This document shows, one piece after another, positions 60,484-64,000 of a stretch of 64,000 nucleotides of DNA. The DNA comes from Gammaproteobacteria bacterium (GTDB lineage: Bacteria; Pseudomonadota; Gammaproteobacteria; GCA-001735895), in NCBI GenBank assembly GCA_050298595.1, contig JBNKUM010000085.1, forward strand, positions 32,001-96,000, read 5' to 3'. Positions within the stretch are counted from its first letter, which is position 1, and each line of letters starts with the position of its first letter. A program made the translations under genes and the position numbers. The notes beneath the pieces were generated by a model. That model searched no databases. It was not told the DNA's origin and saw only the letters and a list, made by a program, of their open reading frames with translations.

Positions 60484-60744
60484 TTACATTGCCTTGATCT
60501 GAGCATTTAGACGGCTCTTATGACGAGCTGCCTTGTTCTTATCGATCAAACCATGTTGCGCTGAGCGATCCAGTACAGGAACCGCTTTCTTATAAGCAGA
60601 TTCAGCGGCAGTTTTGTCGCTGCTGGCAATCGCGTTAACTACAGCCTTAAGATAGGTACGCATCATTGAACGACGACTAGCGTTGTTTTTACGACGGACT
60701 TCTGCCTGACGGGCGCGTTTTTTAGCTGATTGGATGTTGGCCAA
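60484..60744 (-). CDS. rpsT: 30S ribosomal protein S20
   Basis: TTG start at 60744; [12 protein letters not shown]...[10 protein letters not shown]. Confidence 0.96.
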   Translation of the reverse strand: MANIQSAKKRARQAEVRRKNNASRRSMMRTYLKAVVNAIASSDKTAAESAYKKAVPVLDRSAQHGLIDKNKAARHKSRLNAQIKAM

Positions 60745-60895
60745 GAGTATCTCCTGAATTCTGCTGTGCAAAAATAAGGCGCGCATTATCTTTACCTGCG
60801 AGCCTGTTGTCAACCGTAAAAAACTAATACGGCGTTAAATTCGGTGATAAAATGCCGCGTTTTTATCTATTCCATGCAATTTACCGAGTAAAAGA

Positions 60896-62446
60896 TTGAG
60901 CGGGCTAATCAAATCTACCTTTTCTGTGGGCTCCATGACCCTGTTATCCAGAGTACTGGGGCTGGCCAGGGATATTATCATTGCGCGCTTTTATTCGGCT
61001 GGGCTGGAGGCTGACGCCTTCTTTGTCGCGTTTAAAATCCCTAACTTCATGCGTCGCCTGTTCGCTGAAGGGGCTTTCTCGCTGGCCTTCGTGCCGGTAC
61101 TCACCGAGTATAAAAACACCCGTACATTAGATGAATGTCGAAACCTGATAAATCAGATCAGCGGCACCCTGGGTTTATTACTGATTGCGATTATGACCAT
61201 AGGGGTTGTGGCTTCTCCCGCTCTGGTTTACGTGGTTGCCGCTGGTTTTGTCAAACAGCCAGAGAAGTTCCAGCTTACCGCTGATCTGCTGCGCATGACC
61301 TTTCCTTATATATTTCTGATCTCCATGACTGCAATGGCCGGTGGCATTTTGAATACCTGGAAAAAGTTTGCTGCACCCGCGTTTACTCCGGTATTACTCA
61401 ATCTAAGCCTGATTGGCTGTACGCTATGGCTGGCACCTGTTATGGATATTCCGGTACACGCCTTGGGCTGGGGAGTGTTAATCGCCGGTGTTGTTCAGCT
61501 CAGCTTCCAGTTGCCTTTCTTATATAAGCTCGAACTACTACCCAGGCCCGTATGGGCATGGCATCAGCCCGGCGTTCAAAAGGTCATCAAACTGATGATT
61601 CCCGCACTATTCGGCTCATCGGTAGCGCAGATAAATTTATTGTTCGATACCTTTATTGCTTCCTTTCTGGTCACCGGCTCAGTGTCCTGGCTGTATTACT
61701 CGGACCGCCTACTGGAATTCCCATTGGGTGTGTTTGGTATCGCTCTGGCAACCGTGGTGTTACCCAATCTGTCTGAATCGCACTTTAGTCAGGGCAAGGA
61801 TCATTTCAACGGCATTCTGAACTGGGCGGCTCAGCTTTCGCTGATGATCTCCTTGCCCGCCGCAATCGGACTGATGTTACTCGCGCAACCTATCCTTGCC
61901 ACACTATTCCAGTATGGAGCATTCGATGAATCAGATACCTTAATGTCGAGCATGAGTCTGATGGCCTACAGCCTTGGCCTGCCGGCATTTATTCTGATCA
62001 AGATTCTGGCGAATGCCTTTTACTCACGGCAGGATAGCAAAACACCGGTTCGCATAGGTATTTTTGCCATGCTGGTGAATATGGTGCTGAACGTCATCTT
62101 CGTGCTGTTACTGATGAACTACAGCGAGATACCTGCACATGTCGGGCTGGCACTTGCCACCACCGGTTCAGCCTACTGTAATGCCGGGCTACTAGCCTAT
62201 AGCCTGAGGAAACAGCAATATCTAACCTTAAGTCGAAGCTTTTTGATCACCGTACTGAAGGTTCTGCTTGCTACTGCAGGCATGGCACTGCTACTGTTTT
62301 ACATCGCTGCCGATAGCGCGCAGTGGTCACAGTGGCTGTGGGCTCAAAGGTTGCTACATTTATGCCTGTTGATTATCCCCGCCATCTTGTGCTACACCCT
62401 GCTACTCTGGATAATGGGAATTCGTCGTTCCCATCTAGTACATTAA
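60896..62446 (+). CDS. murJ: Lipid II flippase MurJ
   Basis: SRVLGLARD, PNFMRRLFAEGAF, DRLLEFPLG. Confidence 0.96.
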   Translation: MSGLIKSTFSVGSMTLLSRVLGLARDIIIARFYSAGLEADAFFVAFKIPNFMRRLFAEGAFSLAFVPVLTEYKNTRTLDECRNLINQISGTLGLLLIAIMTIGVVASPALVYVVAAGFVKQPEKFQLTADLLRMTFPYIFLISMTAMAGGILNTWKKFAAPAFTPVLLNLSLIGCTLWLAPVMDIPVHALGWGVLIAGVVQLSFQLPFLYKLELLPRPVWAWHQPGVQKVIKLMIPALFGSSVAQINLLFDTFIASFLVTGSVSWLYYSDRLLEFPLGVFGIALATVVLPNLSESHFSQGKDHFNGILNWAAQLSLMISLPAAIGLMLLAQPILATLFQYGAFDESDTLMSSMSLMAYSLGLPAFILIKILANAFYSRQDSKTPVRIGIFAMLVNMVLNVIFVLLLMNYSEIPAHVGLALATTGSAYCNAGLLAYSLRKQQYLTLSRSFLITVLKVLLATAGMALLLFYIAADSAQWSQWLWAQRLLHLCLLIIPAILCYTLLLWIMGIRRSHLVH

Positions 62447-62465
62447 TTATTAAGCCTTCCAACGC

Positions 62466-63413
62466 ATGAAATTAATTCGAGGATTACATAACCTGACCAA
62501 CCCATTACCGAGCTGCGTAGCCACTATTGGCAATTTTGACGGGCTGCATCTGGGGCATCAGCATGTCATAAACCAGCTTAAAACAGTCGCTGAAATCAAG
62601 AACCTGCCGACCGTAGTGGTGGTGTTTGAACCACAACCGGTTGAGTTTTTTGCCCCTGAGCAGGCACCCTTGCGCCTGGCGCGTTTCCGCGACAAAATCA
62701 TCCGCATGGGAGACATGGGTATAGACTACATGATCTGCCTGCATTTCAATCAGCAACTGGCTAATCTGAGCGCTGAACAATTCGTCAGCGATATTCTGGT
62801 AAAGCGGATGAATATCCGACACCTGGTGATTGGCGATGATTTTCGTTTCGGCAAGGATCGTAGCGGTGACTTTAATTATCTGCGTGAACGCGGTCATCAG
62901 CATCACTATGAAGTAGAAAATACACACACGCTTCTTATGGATGGTGAGCGTGTCAGCAGCACCCGCATTCGAGAATGCCTTGCAAAAGACGATATGTTAT
63001 GTGCTCGCCAGTTACTGGGGCGTCCCTACACCTTATCGGGCAAGGTCGCGCATGGGAAACAGCTCGGACGGCAACTGGGATTTCCAACCATTAATATAAA
63101 AACCGGCAATCGCCCTATCGCCGTGCATGGAATATTTGCGGTCTTGGTCAAAGGGTTGGATAATCGCATACTGCGTGGCGTGGCCAGCATAGGCACACGC
63201 CCCACAGTAAATGGTGTAGGAACCATTCTGGAAGTTCACATCCTGAATTTTTCCGAACAGATATACGGTCGTAGTGTGGATATTGAAATACTGCATAAAC
63301 TACGCAACGAACAGAAATTCGATTCATTAAATGCCCTGACGGTTCAAATCAATCAGGACATCAATGAAGCAAAAACCTTTTTTGAAGATAACGAGATACT
63401 GGAAACAAAGTGA
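62466..63413 (+). CDS. ribF: Riboflavin kinase / FAD synthetase
   Basis: [25 protein letters not shown]. Confidence 0.96.
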   Translation: MKLIRGLHNLTNPLPSCVATIGNFDGLHLGHQHVINQLKTVAEIKNLPTVVVVFEPQPVEFFAPEQAPLRLARFRDKIIRMGDMGIDYMICLHFNQQLANLSAEQFVSDILVKRMNIRHLVIGDDFRFGKDRSGDFNYLRERGHQHHYEVENTHTLLMDGERVSSTRIRECLAKDDMLCARQLLGRPYTLSGKVAHGKQLGRQLGFPTINIKTGNRPIAVHGIFAVLVKGLDNRILRGVASIGTRPTVNGVGTILEVHILNFSEQIYGRSVDIEILHKLRNEQKFDSLNALTVQINQDINEAKTFFEDNEILETK

Positions 63414-64000
63414 CTGATTACAAATCGACCCTGAATCTGCCCGATACCGGCTTCCCCATGCGTGGGAACTTGGCCAAGAATGAACCCGCGCGGTTGAAAA
63501 ACTGGCAGGATAAAGGCCTGTATCAGCGAATTAGGGAATCTCGTAAAGGGCAAACGCCCTTTATACTGCACGATGGCCCCCCTTACGCGAATGGTGATAT
63601 CCATATCGGGCATGCAGTCAACAAGATCCTAAAGGATATGATCGTTAAGGCGCGCACGCTAAATGGTAACGATGCACCCTATGTACCCGGTTGGGATTGC
63701 CACGGTCTGCCCATCGAACACGCAGTAGAAAAAGAAATCGGTAAGGCTGGTATTGCAGTCGAGCCCGATCAATTCCGTCAGGCCTGCCGTGACTTTGCTA
63801 AAAAGCAGATTGAAAAGCAGAAAACCGATTTCATCCGCCTGGGCATTCTGGGCGACTGGGATAACCCCTACCTGACCATGAACTTCGCCACCGAAGCCAA
63901 CATTATCCGTTCGTTGGGCAAAATCATCGAAAACGGACATCTGCACAAGGGTGAAAAACCCGTGCACTGGTGTACCGATTGTGGATCTGCACTGGCTGAG
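63410..64000 (+). CDS. ileS: Isoleucyl-tRNA synthetase, 3' end beyond the window
   Basis: GTG overlaps the ribF stop; [32 protein letters not shown]. Confidence 0.96.
   Translation, partial: MTDYKSTLNLPDTGFPMRGNLAKNEPARLKNWQDKGLYQRIRESRKGQTPFILHDGPPYANGDIHIGHAVNKILKDMIVKARTLNGNDAPYVPGWDCHGLPIEHAVEKEIGKAGIAVEPDQFRQACRDFAKKQIEKQKTDFIRLGILGDWDNPYLTMNFATEANIIRSLGKIIENGHLHKGEKPVHWCTDCGSALAE

Overview
Gammaproteobacterial chromosome segment. Rhodanese, a SoxH-like MBL protein and a NosL cluster hint at a marine sulfur oxidiser, which is inference only. 1-14.9 kb (minus strand) is an extracellular contractile injection system (eCIS) operon running off the left edge: sheath, tube, DUF4255, AAA+ ATPase, tube/LysM, split VgrG, gp25 and two baseplate-J genes. 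It is preceded by a sigma54 -24/-12 promoter, two palindromic enhancer-like boxes and an adjacent sigma54 activator. Next come a decayed c-di-GMP locus, tRNA-Gly(CCC), two aldo/keto reductases, a nosZ-free NosL/ABC/TlpA cluster, a degenerate DUF6602 protein and a DUF6502/DUF5666 module with a clear operator-promoter. An rtcB operon follows, with a stable-RNA-type promoter, a structured leader and a small basic ORF that has a terminator inside its coding region (candidate ArfA-like ribosome rescue factor). The remainder holds slp genes, a candidate sRNA, DUF2868/DUF3482, two MITE-like elements, TPP riboswitch-thiBPQ, dctBD, a Y1 transposase homologue with substituted catalytic residues, the rimK operon, and rpsT, murJ, ribF and ileS. 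All family assignments come from motif recognition by eye; no database searches were run.
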